A stretch of DNA of 32,000 bases from Methanothermobacter thermautotrophicus str. Delta H (lineage in GTDB: Archaea > Methanobacteriota > Methanobacteria > Methanobacteriales > Methanothermobacteraceae): positions 1,110,001-1,142,000 of the forward strand of contig NC_000916.1 of the NCBI RefSeq assembly GCF_000008645.1. The letters run 5' to 3'. Made by a program: the position numbers and the translations under genes. Shown piece by piece: positions 1 to 8,629 of the stretch. The first letter of the stretch is position 1; each line of letters starts with the position of its first letter. The notes under the pieces are model-generated. The model was not told where the DNA came from, did no database searches, and saw only the letters and a list, made by a program, of their open reading frames with translations.

Positions 1-263
1 ACAACAGGTGCTACGCGACAACCGGCTCACAGTGCACCTACGCCGATGTGATAGACCTTGGGGCCGTTGCAGAGTCCATGGGCTTCAATGTGATCAGGTT
101 CGCCGATGATCTGAACTTTGAACAGGCACTGGCGATGGATGGTCCTGTTTTTGCCCATGTCCCTGTGAAGCCCGGGAACGCCGATGTCCCTGTCATCGAT
201 CTTGATGCAGAGGAGATAATAGAACGCTTCATTAAGGAGGTCCGGGGAGCCACTGAGGATTGA
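1..263 (+). CDS. comE: 3' end of a TPP-dependent decarboxylase beta subunit, sulfopyruvate decarboxylase ComE-like (5' end lies outside the window)
   Basis: Frame 3 is open from base 3 (NRCYATTGSQCTYADVIDLGAVAESMGF...) to TGA 261-263, so the listed ATG at 48 is internal. The tail resembles C-termini of small TPP-binding decarboxylase subunits. The name also relies on my recollection that comDE precede polB1 in Methanothermobacter. Confidence 0.5.
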   Translation, partial: NRCYATTGSQCTYADVIDLGAVAESMGFNVIRFADDLNFEQALAMDGPVFAHVPVKPGNADVPVIDLDAEEIIERFIKEVRGATED

Positions 264-287
264 AACATGTACCCTGATTTTAATTAG

Positions 288-2048
288 CTATCCCCTGTAG
301 GTTGCATAGAAACCATCGGTGTCGGCATAGACCGTGTGGAACCCAAATTCCTCTGCAGTTTTTATTGTTTTCTTGATATAGTCCCTGCCCCATGCGGTTA
401 TGGCCTCGGCGCACTCCATTGAGTACCAGCGGAACCTTGAATACCCATATACACCGTACATGGTGTTTGCAAGTCTCTTGAGGGCCTCCTGCTGCACATT
501 GAGTATCTTCCTCTCCATGGGATCATCTGATCCCTTCATCTCCTCCTTGATCCTCACCCTCTCTGAGAGTATTTCACCTATAACCGAGGGTACGAATCCC
601 CTCGGACTTTTGCGGAACCTGTAACCGTATTCAGGTGCCACGTAGCATTCAGATTCCTCGTCATCTGTCAGGGTGTCCGGTGAGATGTTCTTTGAGATTA
701 TTATGCTTGGGTAGAGGCTCCTGAAGTCAAACTGGACTATGTTCTCGTGGAGACCCTTCTCTGGTTCCTTGACGTATCCGCCGACCGCCCTGCGACCCCT
801 CCTGCTGGAGAAGTCTGACTGGGATGGCTTGTTTGGTACCAGTTCCCCGTACTGGTATGCCTTGCGGACAAGGAACCATTCCGCCTGCTGACCTGTTGCC
901 ATGCGGGAGATGTCGAATAGTGGCTGGCCCACCAGCCGGGTGAGCTCCAGGTTGAGGGGGAGTATCTTCTCTGCTATCCTGTGGGTTGCAACAACATCAT
1001 CCAGGGAGTACCTGAAGAGTTCATCCCTCAGCTCATCCCGGTCCCAGTACTCCCAGAGCCTGTCACCGGGGAGGTCGATCTTCTCCTCGCCGAAGAGTTC
1101 CTGGTAGACCCTCTCCAGGGTGTACCTGTCAAGGTTCATGTACCTCCTCATGACCGGGTAGAGGTCCACGTGCACCGTTCCCTTTATGGCCGTGGCGTTT
1201 GCAAAGCCCCTCCTCATGGTCCTGATCTTTGAACCATCCCAGCCGAGGTCGAGTTCCGCGCCCAGGATAGCCGCCCTCCTTGTTATGTAGGGGAAGTCAA
1301 AGTTGTCTGAATTGTATCCCACCAGTATGTCCGGTTTCTTATCAATTACGATCTCTGCGAATCTCTCAAGGAGTTCCCTTTCATCCTCAACCACCTCAAC
1401 AAAGTCAAGGTGGTCGCCGGCCGTTGATATGACAGATTCGTAGCCCATGTTACCGGCGACACCAATCATCACTATCTCGTCCTTTTCAGGGTCAGGCATG
1501 CCATGGGGGTTCCTCACCTCGATGTCAAAGCTCAGGATGTCGAGTCCATGTGCCCCTGAACCTGTGCTCTGGACCCTGCCGGTTACCTCCACCGTCCTGA
1601 CATCGGTTGTCACCGATGGTGCTGAGTCCACCTCAACACCCTGGAACTCCAGCTCCTCCATGGGTACTATGGATTTATCTATTAGGTAGCGCCTGTAGAA
1701 TGGGATGTCATGTTCCCTTATATCCCTGACAGATTCCAGGTCCCTTATCCTGTCCCTGATCTTTGGCACGTCCTGGGGGTGTCTGAATTCGATTCTGATG
1801 ACCTCTGTGGGCCTTCCAAGGTCCCTCATCTCTTTGACTTCAAGTTTCTCCAGTTCCAGTTCCTCAAGCTCCCTGAGGCATTCATCGAGGTCTGTGGGGA
1901 TTGCGTATATGTAGGGTCTGAATGAGCGGTCATGGGCTATAATGGGCTCATTTCCGCCGCTTTTATCCTTACCGAAAAGTCTGATAACCGGGACCTCATC
2001 GACGGTCACGTAGTCTATGTCGAGGAGGACCATTCTGTAATCTTCCAT
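288..2048 (-). CDS. polB1: Family-B DNA polymerase, large N-terminal polypeptide of a split PolB (exonuclease plus palm/fingers; thumb absent)
   Basis: The 586-aa ORF carries, in order, Exo I (SFDIEV), Exo II ([10 protein letters not shown]), Exo III (YSLDDV), Pol A ([10 protein letters not shown]), Pol B ([12 protein letters not shown]) and Pol C (YADTDG). It stops 8 codons after motif C. The length and the split match my memory of M. thermautotrophicus PolB1. Confidence 0.93.
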
Positions 2049-2268
2049 GTACCTATTCTGTTATGTGAGATTAATAAAGTGTTCCCGCTGCGTTTATCTC
2101 TGGTTACCGTTCTACAAGTAGCAGAATAAACACTTAAGTAGCACTATTAAGATATAGTGTTTAGGATTTCCTGGGGGTGTTGGACTTATAATAAGCCTTC
2201 TTAGTTGCTGGCATGAAATGAACAGTTTAATCCTGTGATCAGTATTAATACACGGGGAGGTAGAGGGT

Positions 2269-2583
2269 ATGGTTAAGGGAGTTAAACATCCAGTGCTTGC
2301 TGAGTATGCAAAAAGGATCCATGATGGGGAAAAGAACGGTTTTTTGCGGGTCTTACCGGGAAGGTTTTCACCAGGTGACAAATTTGTGATCTATGAGTCC
2401 TATGGGCAATACAGAGGATGGGCGGACATAGTGTCCATTCAGAAGATGCCAAAAGGGAAGATGATCTCAGAATACGGCTTGAGGCTCATGATCACGGAGG
2501 ATGAGTTCATGGATTACTTTGGGGGCAGAAAGGAGATGACCATCATAGAATTTAAAAACTTTGAAAAATTCAGCCCCTGTTAA
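2269..2583 (+). CDS. Hypothetical 104-aa protein, possible ASCH/PUA-like small beta-barrel
   Basis: ATG 2269 is preceded by GGGGAGGTAGAGGGT. The segment AKRIHDGEKNGFLRVLPGRFSPGDKFVIYE resembles the (I..G.K...R....GD.i) signature of ASCH-type domains, judged by eye only. The gene lies in an AT-rich islet. Confidence 0.55.
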   Translation: MVKGVKHPVLAEYAKRIHDGEKNGFLRVLPGRFSPGDKFVIYESYGQYRGWADIVSIQKMPKGKMISEYGLRLMITEDEFMDYFGGRKEMTIIEFKNFEKFSPC

Positions 2584-2587
2584 ACCG

Positions 2588-2657
2588 ATGAGTATGAGAT
2601 GTTAGAAAAAATAGGTGGAAAATACATCTGAAAATGAGTATGAAATGATAGAAGAAA
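2588..2657 (+). repeat. Two copies of an imperfect 24-nt direct repeat (2588-2611 and 2634-2657, 21/24 identical, period 46 nt)
   Basis: ATGAGTATGAGATGTTAGAAAAAA versus ATGAGTATGAAATGATAGAAGAAA, read directly from the sequence in the spacer between the two islet genes. Confidence 0.8.
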
Positions 2658-2674
2658 ACAGAGGATGATTGTTC

Positions 2675-3691
2675 ATGAAGAGCACAGAAAAGTGTCTTAA
2701 AGAATGGAATGCTATCGTAGAGGCCCTAGGACATGGAAAACAGACCATTCTGATCAGAAAATATAAGACAAACCTCAAAGAATTCCTGCTTTACCCCACA
2801 GTCAGCTATACCAATGAAAATGATTACCTGAAAAGTTTCCAGGAAAAACACCACTCATTCGTTGAAAAATATAGCTTCCCCCATAAAGAGGGAGAAAAGA
2901 CAGAGATCAAATACTTTGCCACTGTAGAAAAGATCCTGGAAAGACCGCCTCGAATAATACCCTCAGAGAATTTCTACATCTGGAGAAGGGGCCATGTAAA
3001 ATCATATCTTAACGGGAAAAATGCCTACATATGGGTACTGAGGGTTTACAGACTGAAGAAACCCTACATGGCCGACCTCGCCTATGGACCGGGGGTCTAC
3101 GCTAACCTGAAGGAACGGGTCTCACTGAAGGGCGCTGAACCGGTCCTCACAGATAAGGAATTCTCAGAAACATTAGAAAAACTAACTCCTGAAGAATCTC
3201 TACAATACGGTTATCAGACCCTGAGAGACGAGCTAGCCATGGAGTTGCTTGAAAATATTAGGTCCTGTTCCACAGGATTTTTCAAAAAAATGATAGTGGA
3301 CCTCCTATTGAAGATGGGTTATGGCGGTTCACGAAAGGATGCAGATGAAGCCATAGAGAAGGGTGGAGACGGAGGCATAGAGGGTATTATAAAAGAGGAT
3401 AAATTAGGTCTGGACACCATCTATATCCAGGCAAAGAGAGGGAGCATATCCAGACCTGAAATACAGAAATTTGCAAGTGCACTGGAGGGGCAAGCTAAAA
3501 AGGGAGTCTTTATCACAACATCCAGCTTTTCACGTGCTGCACAGGAATACGCATCCAGCATCGATAACAGAATAGTCCTGATTGATGGAGATGAACTGGC
3601 CCAGCTGATGATCGACCACGACGTCGGTGTATCAAAGGTGACATCCTACGATATCAAAAAAATAGACACAGACTACTTCTCAGAGGAATAA
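2675..3691 (+). CDS. Mrr-type PD-(D/E)xK restriction endonuclease domain fused to an N-terminal DUF1802-like domain
   Basis: The C-terminal ~150 aa read GDGGIEGIIKEDKLGLDTIYIQAKRG ... KGVFITTSSFSRAAQEYA ... IVLIDGDELAQLMIDHDVGV, an Mrr_cat pattern. The N-terminal ~185 aa read LKEWNAIVEALGHGKQTILIRK ... FLLYPT ... YIWVLRVYRLKKP, the pattern I recognise as DUF1802. I place the start at ATG 2675 (GAGGA sits 9 nt upstream) rather than at the track's TTG 2669. Confidence 0.8.
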   Translation: MKSTEKCLKEWNAIVEALGHGKQTILIRKYKTNLKEFLLYPTVSYTNENDYLKSFQEKHHSFVEKYSFPHKEGEKTEIKYFATVEKILERPPRIIPSENFYIWRRGHVKSYLNGKNAYIWVLRVYRLKKPYMADLAYGPGVYANLKERVSLKGAEPVLTDKEFSETLEKLTPEESLQYGYQTLRDELAMELLENIRSCSTGFFKKMIVDLLLKMGYGGSRKDADEAIEKGGDGGIEGIIKEDKLGLDTIYIQAKRGSISRPEIQKFASALEGQAKKGVFITTSSFSRAAQEYASSIDNRIVLIDGDELAQLMIDHDVGVSKVTSYDIKKIDTDYFSEE

Positions 3692-3760
3692 AAATCTGGA
3701 GAATATCAGAAACCAAATGAATATCCCTGTAACTGCAGAACATCCCCCTCTCCAATGTAA

Positions 3761-3767
3761 TTTTTTT
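3761..3767 (+). terminator. Oligo-T tract (T7) downstream of the Mrr-fusion gene
   Basis: GTAATTTTTTTAATC lies ~70 nt after the stop codon. Archaeal terminators are typically oligo-T runs. Confidence 0.4.
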
Positions 3768-3945
3768 AATCAAATAAAAACCACTCTTTCAACCAACTCA
3801 GAGAAACCAAAAAAACCTCGCATCTGTAAGAAAGAAGTGAATAAAAGCCATAAAGGACCCGTTAAGAAGCTGCAACTTACAACAGTATCTCATACAGTTT
3901 TCACTGATCAGAATACGATTTCCGTGTATGTGATCATAGAATTTC

Positions 3946-3954
3946 AAAAAAAAA
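3946..3954 (-). terminator. Oligo-T tract (T9 on the minus strand) just after the permease stop codon
   Basis: The A9 run on the plus strand at 3946-3954 lies ~30 nt downstream of the minus-strand stop at 3983. Confidence 0.45.
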
Positions 3955-3982
3955 GGTCTGTGGCTGGATGAATATACAGCCC

Positions 3983-4987
3983 TTACTGCACTTCCTCTCC
4001 ACCCGACTCCATACGGTAGGCCTCAAGGGCTGCATATGCAAGACCAAGGACCAGTGGCCCCACAATGAAGCCTGCAACACCCCAGACCACAGGTCCTCCT
4101 AGAAATCCCACCAGGAATATCATGGGGTGGATATCCGCGTACTTACCGGATAGCTTGGGTCTCAGGTATATGTCAATGGTGCTAAGGAAGAGACCGAATA
4201 TCAGGACAAGTACTCCCCTCAGGATGTTTCCTGTGACAAAGTCATAGATGGAGAGGGGTGTGTAGGCAGCCCATGGCCCTATCACAGGTATCAGCTGAAA
4301 GAGGCCCGTCATTATACCCAGGAGTATGGCGTAGGGGTATCCGAGAAGATGAAAGCCAACTGCAGCCATTAAACCTATTGCAAGGGCTGTCAGGAAGTGC
4401 CCATAGAATATGCTGAGGAGAACCCTCTCGGTCTCAGAGGCCATTCGCTCCATGAAGGGCCTTGTCTCCTCCGGTATCAGGGTCCTTATGTACCCCACAA
4501 GTCTCTTACCATCCCTTGCAAAGTAGAATGTTGATGAAAGGAATACGAAGAGCTGAAGGGATATCATTGGTACAGACTGGAGGATGGCCACGACATAGTT
4601 GAGTGAACCGCTTAGGATGTCCCTCAGAACCGTTCTGAGGTTTGCAAGTGTGTTCTCCGCCGAGGGCTGTAGATTTCCGGCTCCGGGTACGTGGATGCTC
4701 CCTGCGAGTGAAAGGAGAGATGGGGCTGAATTTATTATGGAATCAACTGTGAACACCAGGATACCCACCAGTGGCATTATAACCACAATCATTGCAAGGA
4801 TGATGGATACCGAGAGGTAGGGTATCCTCCGGTTTATCCTCAGTGCCACGGGCCTTACAATGTAGGCGAATACGGCTCCAAGGAATAGCATGGTCCAGAG
4901 GGGGTATACCACAATTGCCGATAGAAGTAAAAGGGCCATCACAGGGAATGACGCCGATGCCAGTGCACCCCTCAGTCTCTCTATCAT
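3983..4987 (-). CDS. AI-2E family transporter (PerM/UPF0118-type permease)
   Basis: This is a polytopic membrane protein with the family-typical central FYFARDGKRL and a C-terminal Gly/Pro-rich TM bundle. I place the start at ATG 4987 (MIERLRG, preceded by GGTGGTAAC), which avoids overlap with pyrK. Confidence 0.8.
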   Translation of the reverse strand: MIERLRGALASASFPVMALLLLSAIVVYPLWTMLFLGAVFAYIVRPVALRINRRIPYLSVSIILAMIVVIMPLVGILVFTVDSIINSAPSLLSLAGSIHVPGAGNLQPSAENTLANLRTVLRDILSGSLNYVVAILQSVPMISLQLFVFLSSTFYFARDGKRLVGYIRTLIPEETRPFMERMASETERVLLSIFYGHFLTALAIGLMAAVGFHLLGYPYAILLGIMTGLFQLIPVIGPWAAYTPLSIYDFVTGNILRGVLVLIFGLFLSTIDIYLRPKLSGKYADIHPMIFLVGFLGGPVVWGVAGFIVGPLVLGLAYAALEAYRMESGGEEVQ

Positions 4988-5000
4988 GTTACCACCAGAT

Positions 5001-5813
5001 TCACCAGGGCACTCTCCTGCCAGCCGGGTCCCGCCTGTAACGGCCAAACTCCCTTACCCGAGATAGTTCCTGACTCCAGAATACAGGTCCCTCTGCACAT
5101 ACCCTGAAGCCGGTATCATCAAGGCAGCACTGGCCACAGATACCCACAGCGCACTTCATGTATCTCTCAAGGGATAGCTGGGCCGGGACATCCCTCTCAT
5201 CAAGTATCCTCATAACCTGAAACATCATGGGTTCCGGGCCGCAGACAGCAGCCATGTCATGGTTCTCCTCAAGTGTGAGGAGACGTTCATGGGCAAATCC
5301 CTTAAACCCGCAGGAACCATCATCCGTGCACGTACTGATATTCACGCCGGCAGCCTCAAGCCTGTCCAGGAAGAGGAGCTCATCTGCTGTCCTTGCAGCC
5401 ACAAGTGCATCCACACGCATACCCCTTGCGGTGGCCTCATCTGCCAGGGCTGCCAGGGGCGCCATCCCTATCCCGCCCCCCACCAGGAGAATGTCCCTTC
5501 CCATGAGTTCAAATCCCCTGCCATAGGGTCCCCTGATACCGAGAAGGTCGCCCTCACTGAGTCCATGGACCCTGTCTGTGAATTCACCCACCCTTCTTAT
5601 GGATATCCCTATCTCAGATCTCACAGGGTCGATGAGGGAGACAGACATGGGTTTCTCGTCCCTGAAATCCCAGACCATGACGAACTGTCCCGGTCTAACC
5701 TCCCGTCTGAAGTCCCAGCTGAATATGAAGGTCTTCACGCTTTCAGATTCCTCAACTATCCTCTTAATCTCAAGAACCTCTGGAACATTCATGGAATCCA
5801 TCTCCCTAATCAT
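5001..5813 (-). CDS. pyrK: Dihydroorotate dehydrogenase B electron-transfer subunit (FAD/2Fe-2S)
   Basis: The protein has a ferredoxin-reductase-like fold pattern and the C-terminal Cys cluster MKCAVGICGQCC...FRVCAEGPVF. It lies directly downstream of pyrD. The start is ambiguous (ATG 5813, 5801 or 5792); 5813 has GGTGG upstream. Confidence 0.88.
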   Translation of the reverse strand: MIREMDSMNVPEVLEIKRIVEESESVKTFIFSWDFRREVRPGQFVMVWDFRDEKPMSVSLIDPVRSEIGISIRRVGEFTDRVHGLSEGDLLGIRGPYGRGFELMGRDILLVGGGIGMAPLAALADEATARGMRVDALVAARTADELLFLDRLEAAGVNISTCTDDGSCGFKGFAHERLLTLEENHDMAAVCGPEPMMFQVMRILDERDVPAQLSLERYMKCAVGICGQCCLDDTGFRVCAEGPVFWSQELSRVREFGRYRRDPAGRRVPW

Positions 5814-6717
5814 GTGCCAGCCCCACCATCTCATCCACCGATGAGAATCCTTCGGCCATCATGAAGGCCTCAAGGCCCCTGCATATCTTCATGAAAACCT
5901 CGGGGCCATCATACATTATGGCTGTTCCAACCTGAACAGCCCTTGCACCTGCAAAGAGGAACTCGACTGCATCCTGGAAGTCCCTGACACCTCCCACACC
6001 CATTATGGGGATATCCACGCTGCGGTAAACGTCATAGACGCATCTGACCGCGACGGGTTTTATTGCCGGGCCTGACATGCCTCCGAAGGCATTGGAGAGT
6101 ATGGGCCTTGCGGTCTTTATATCGATCTTCATCCCGGGGCCAAGGGAGTTTATGAGGGTAAGGGCGTCTGAACCAGCCTCCTCAGCGCTCCCTGCTATCT
6201 CAACGATGTCTGTGACGTTTGGTGTGAGCTTCGTGGATATCGGGACGTCCACTGCATCCTTAACAGCAGAAACAACCCTGAAGGTCAGTTCAGGGTCCTG
6301 TCCGATTGAGGCTCCGCATCCTGCCATGGCGTGGGGGCAGGAGACGTTCAGTTCAATCATGTCAGCGTATTCCTCCACTGAAGCCGCTGCTGAGGCAAAT
6401 TCCTCGGGTGAGGCTCCATAGACTGATGCTATCAGAGGTACCTCCTCATCCACCAGCTTCAGCTCCTCCCTGAATGCCTCAACACCTGGGTTTGAGAGTC
6501 CAATTGCGTTTATGACCCCGCCTGTGACCTCCACGGTTGTGGGATTTCTGTATCCCGGGTTGGGCCTGAGTGAGAAGGACTTGGTCACAACAGCCCCTGC
6601 ACCCCCACGGTAAATCCTGTTAAGGGACGATGCCATGCTACCCATGACCCCTGCAGCCAGTATGGTCGGGTTCCGGAGTTCAATATTACATATGCTGGTC
6701 TCAAGCATGAAAAACAC
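5806..6717 (-). CDS. pyrD: Dihydroorotate dehydrogenase, class 1B catalytic subunit
   Basis: The 303-aa TIM-barrel protein contains NPTILAAGV, ELNVSCPH and GGVRDFQDAVEFLFAGA motifs and is paired with pyrK. Confidence 0.92.
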   Translation of the reverse strand: MFFMLETSICNIELRNPTILAAGVMGSMASSLNRIYRGGAGAVVTKSFSLRPNPGYRNPTTVEVTGGVINAIGLSNPGVEAFREELKLVDEEVPLIASVYGASPEEFASAAASVEEYADMIELNVSCPHAMAGCGASIGQDPELTFRVVSAVKDAVDVPISTKLTPNVTDIVEIAGSAEEAGSDALTLINSLGPGMKIDIKTARPILSNAFGGMSGPAIKPVAVRCVYDVYRSVDIPIMGVGGVRDFQDAVEFLFAGARAVQVGTAIMYDGPEVFMKICRGLEAFMMAEGFSSVDEMVGLAHD

Positions 6718-6725
6718 CTTCTGCT

Positions 6726-6739
6726 AAATATATTTATAT
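6726..6739. promoter_or_regulatory. TATA-like block in the 45-bp divergent spacer between pyrD and nop5
   Basis: AAATATATTTATAT is the only AT block between the two divergent start codons (6717 and 6763). Confidence 0.4.
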
Positions 6740-6762
6740 CCGTCACCTATAGATGTACCCCT

Positions 6763-7875
6763 ATGAAGTGTTATCTTACAGGTTGCATTGCAGGTCCTCT
6801 TGCCTTCAGTGAAGATCTGGAGCTCATAGATTATGAACCTTTCCCGGTTGATGAAATCCCCGGAAGGCTTGCTGAGTCACAGATGGGTGGTGTTTCACCG
6901 GAGGAGAGGATTATGCTCGAGAGGCTCACCCCTGAATACGATGAGGTTGTGGTTGAGGCCTCCCCCTCTCCGGAGTATGCCGGGTTCAGGAACCTCAGAT
7001 TTGAGGTTCCAAGCAGGGCAGGCATCCACCTTAGGGAGAACCTTGAGGACATCCTGGCAGAAATCCTTGATATGCCCGCCGGAGACTTCATACATGACGC
7101 CCTCATGTCGGTTGCACGTGAAAGGCTGAGGGAGTCCCTCCGGGAGACAGACAGGTTCATAATACAGTCCATAAATGCCCTTGATGAACTTGATGAGGAG
7201 ACCGGGAAGCTCATAGAAAGGCTGAGAGAATGGTACTCCCTCCACTTCCCTGAACTCGACGGTATTAAGAGTCATGAACAGTACGTTGAGCTCATTGCAG
7301 AGTACGGTGACCGGGACCAGATACTGAAAAATTTCAGGATGGACGTTGATGAGAGTCTTGGCTCAGATATCACCTCCGAGGACCTCCACATCCTCAGGGG
7401 CCTTGCAGAGAGTATAAGGGGTCTTCAGAGGCTGAGGGAGGAGACAGAGAGGTACATTGACATCAAGATGGAGAAGCTTGCCCCCAACCTCAGGGCCCTT
7501 GCAGGGTCAAATGTTGGTGCGAGGCTCATTGCCCATGCCGGAGGATTGAGGGAACTTGCCATGCTACCATCCTCCACAATACAGGTCCTTGGAGCTGAGA
7601 AGGCCCTCTTCAGACACCTGAAATCCGGTGCAAAGCCACCGAAGCATGGGGTTATATTCCAGCACCCCTCGATAAGGTCATCCCCCTGGTGGATCAGGGG
7701 AAAGGTTGCAAGGCTGCTGGCGGGTAAGATAGCCATCGCAGTTAGAAAGGACGTTTTCAGCAGAGAATTTGATCCGGGAATAGTTGAATCATTCAATGAG
7801 AGGTTTGAAGCCATTAAAAGTAATAACCCGAAGCCCCCGGCAAGGAAGAAGGGTTTTAGAAAGAAGAGGAAATGA
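6763..7875 (+). CDS. nop5: Nop5 (Nop56/58 homologue), C/D box sRNP core protein
   Basis: The protein has a coiled-coil middle, a NOP domain ([40 protein letters not shown]) and a basic KKE-like tail. It lies immediately upstream of fibrillarin. Confidence 0.92.
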   Translation: MKCYLTGCIAGPLAFSEDLELIDYEPFPVDEIPGRLAESQMGGVSPEERIMLERLTPEYDEVVVEASPSPEYAGFRNLRFEVPSRAGIHLRENLEDILAEILDMPAGDFIHDALMSVARERLRESLRETDRFIIQSINALDELDEETGKLIERLREWYSLHFPELDGIKSHEQYVELIAEYGDRDQILKNFRMDVDESLGSDITSEDLHILRGLAESIRGLQRLREETERYIDIKMEKLAPNLRALAGSNVGARLIAHAGGLRELAMLPSSTIQVLGAEKALFRHLKSGAKPPKHGVIFQHPSIRSSPWWIRGKVARLLAGKIAIAVRKDVFSREFDPGIVESFNERFEAIKSNNPKPPARKKGFRKKRK

Positions 7876-7894
7876 TAGCGGGCAGGTGTATGCT

Positions 7895-8560
7895 GTGAAG
7901 GAAGTTAAGGGTATGGATGGTGTCTTTATCATGAACAACTCCCTCCTCACCATTAACCCCAACCCCGGTGTGAAGGTCTATGGTGAGAGGATCATTGATT
8001 GGGGCGGCCGGGAGTACCGGGTCTGGGATCCCCGGCGGTCCAAGCTTGCTGCGGCCATACTTAACGGTCTGCGGGGTTTCAGTCTGAATTCAGACTCCAG
8101 GGTTCTCTATCTGGGTGCATCGGCCGGGACAACTGCCTCACACATATCTGATATCGTCACGGATGGGAGGGTCTACTGCATCGAATTCTCTCCCAGGATG
8201 ATGCGGGAACTCCTGGGTGTGTGTGAATCCAGAAAAAACATGGCCCCCCTCCTTGAGGACGCCTCAAGACCCCTCAGTTACCTGAGGATGGTTGAGGCCG
8301 CTGATCTCGTGTACTGTGATGTTGCACAGCCTGACCAGACCAGGTTATTCATTGAGAATATGGATTGCTTCCTGAAGAGGGATGGTTATGGACTCATAAT
8401 GATAAAGGCCCGGAGCATAGATGTTACAAGAAGTCCCAGAAAGATCTTCCGGGAGGAAGTGGGGAAGCTTGAGTCTTCTGGTTTCAGAATAATTGATCAG
8501 GTGGGTCTCAATCCCTACGAAAAGGACCATATGGCGGTTCTGGTTAAAAGGGATGTTTAG
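7895..8560 (+). CDS. flpA: Fibrillarin-like rRNA/tRNA 2'-O-methyltransferase
   Basis: Motifs include [18 protein letters not shown] and the SAM-binding [17 protein letters not shown]. The start is uncertain (GTG 7886, GTG 7895 or ATG 7913). The track's TTG 7784 overlaps nop5 and is unlikely. Confidence 0.9.
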   Translation: MKEVKGMDGVFIMNNSLLTINPNPGVKVYGERIIDWGGREYRVWDPRRSKLAAAILNGLRGFSLNSDSRVLYLGASAGTTASHISDIVTDGRVYCIEFSPRMMRELLGVCESRKNMAPLLEDASRPLSYLRMVEAADLVYCDVAQPDQTRLFIENMDCFLKRDGYGLIMIKARSIDVTRSPRKIFREEVGKLESSGFRIIDQVGLNPYEKDHMAVLVKRDV

Positions 8561-8572
8561 AAGGGCATATGA

Positions 8573-8578
8573 TTTTTT
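8573..8578 (+). terminator. Oligo-T tract after flpA
   Basis: GATTTTTTG lies 13 nt after the flpA stop, followed by a second run, ATATTTTTA. Confidence 0.45.
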
Positions 8579-8629
8579 GATATATTTTTAGTAAAAAAAG
8601 GTATATATTGGATTAATTACATAATTTCA

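Noticed and set aside
2112-2381. An 89-aa minus-strand ORF spans the polB1 upstream spacer and the 5' end of the 104-aa gene.
   Set aside because: It overlaps the better-supported plus-strand gene and its SD. It has no motif and no SD, and its composition is that of AT-rich non-coding sequence.
2236-3911. TGATCAG-containing similar strings near both islet edges (2236-2254 TGATCAGTATTAATACACG and 3905-3917 TGATCAGAATACG) could be att-like direct repeats.
   Set aside because: The match is only ~13 nt and requires a 4-nt gap. The sequence is AT-rich and palindromic (TGATCA also recurs at 2750 and 22993). This is within chance expectation.
3717-3971. An 84-aa ORF lies in the AT-rich right-hand edge of the islet.
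   Set aside because: The translation is Lys/Thr/Pro-rich and low in complexity. No GGTG/GGAG lies at a proper distance from the ATG. The ORF spans the oligo-T tract that looks like the Mrr-fusion terminator. It may be a decayed remnant, but I cannot support it as a gene.
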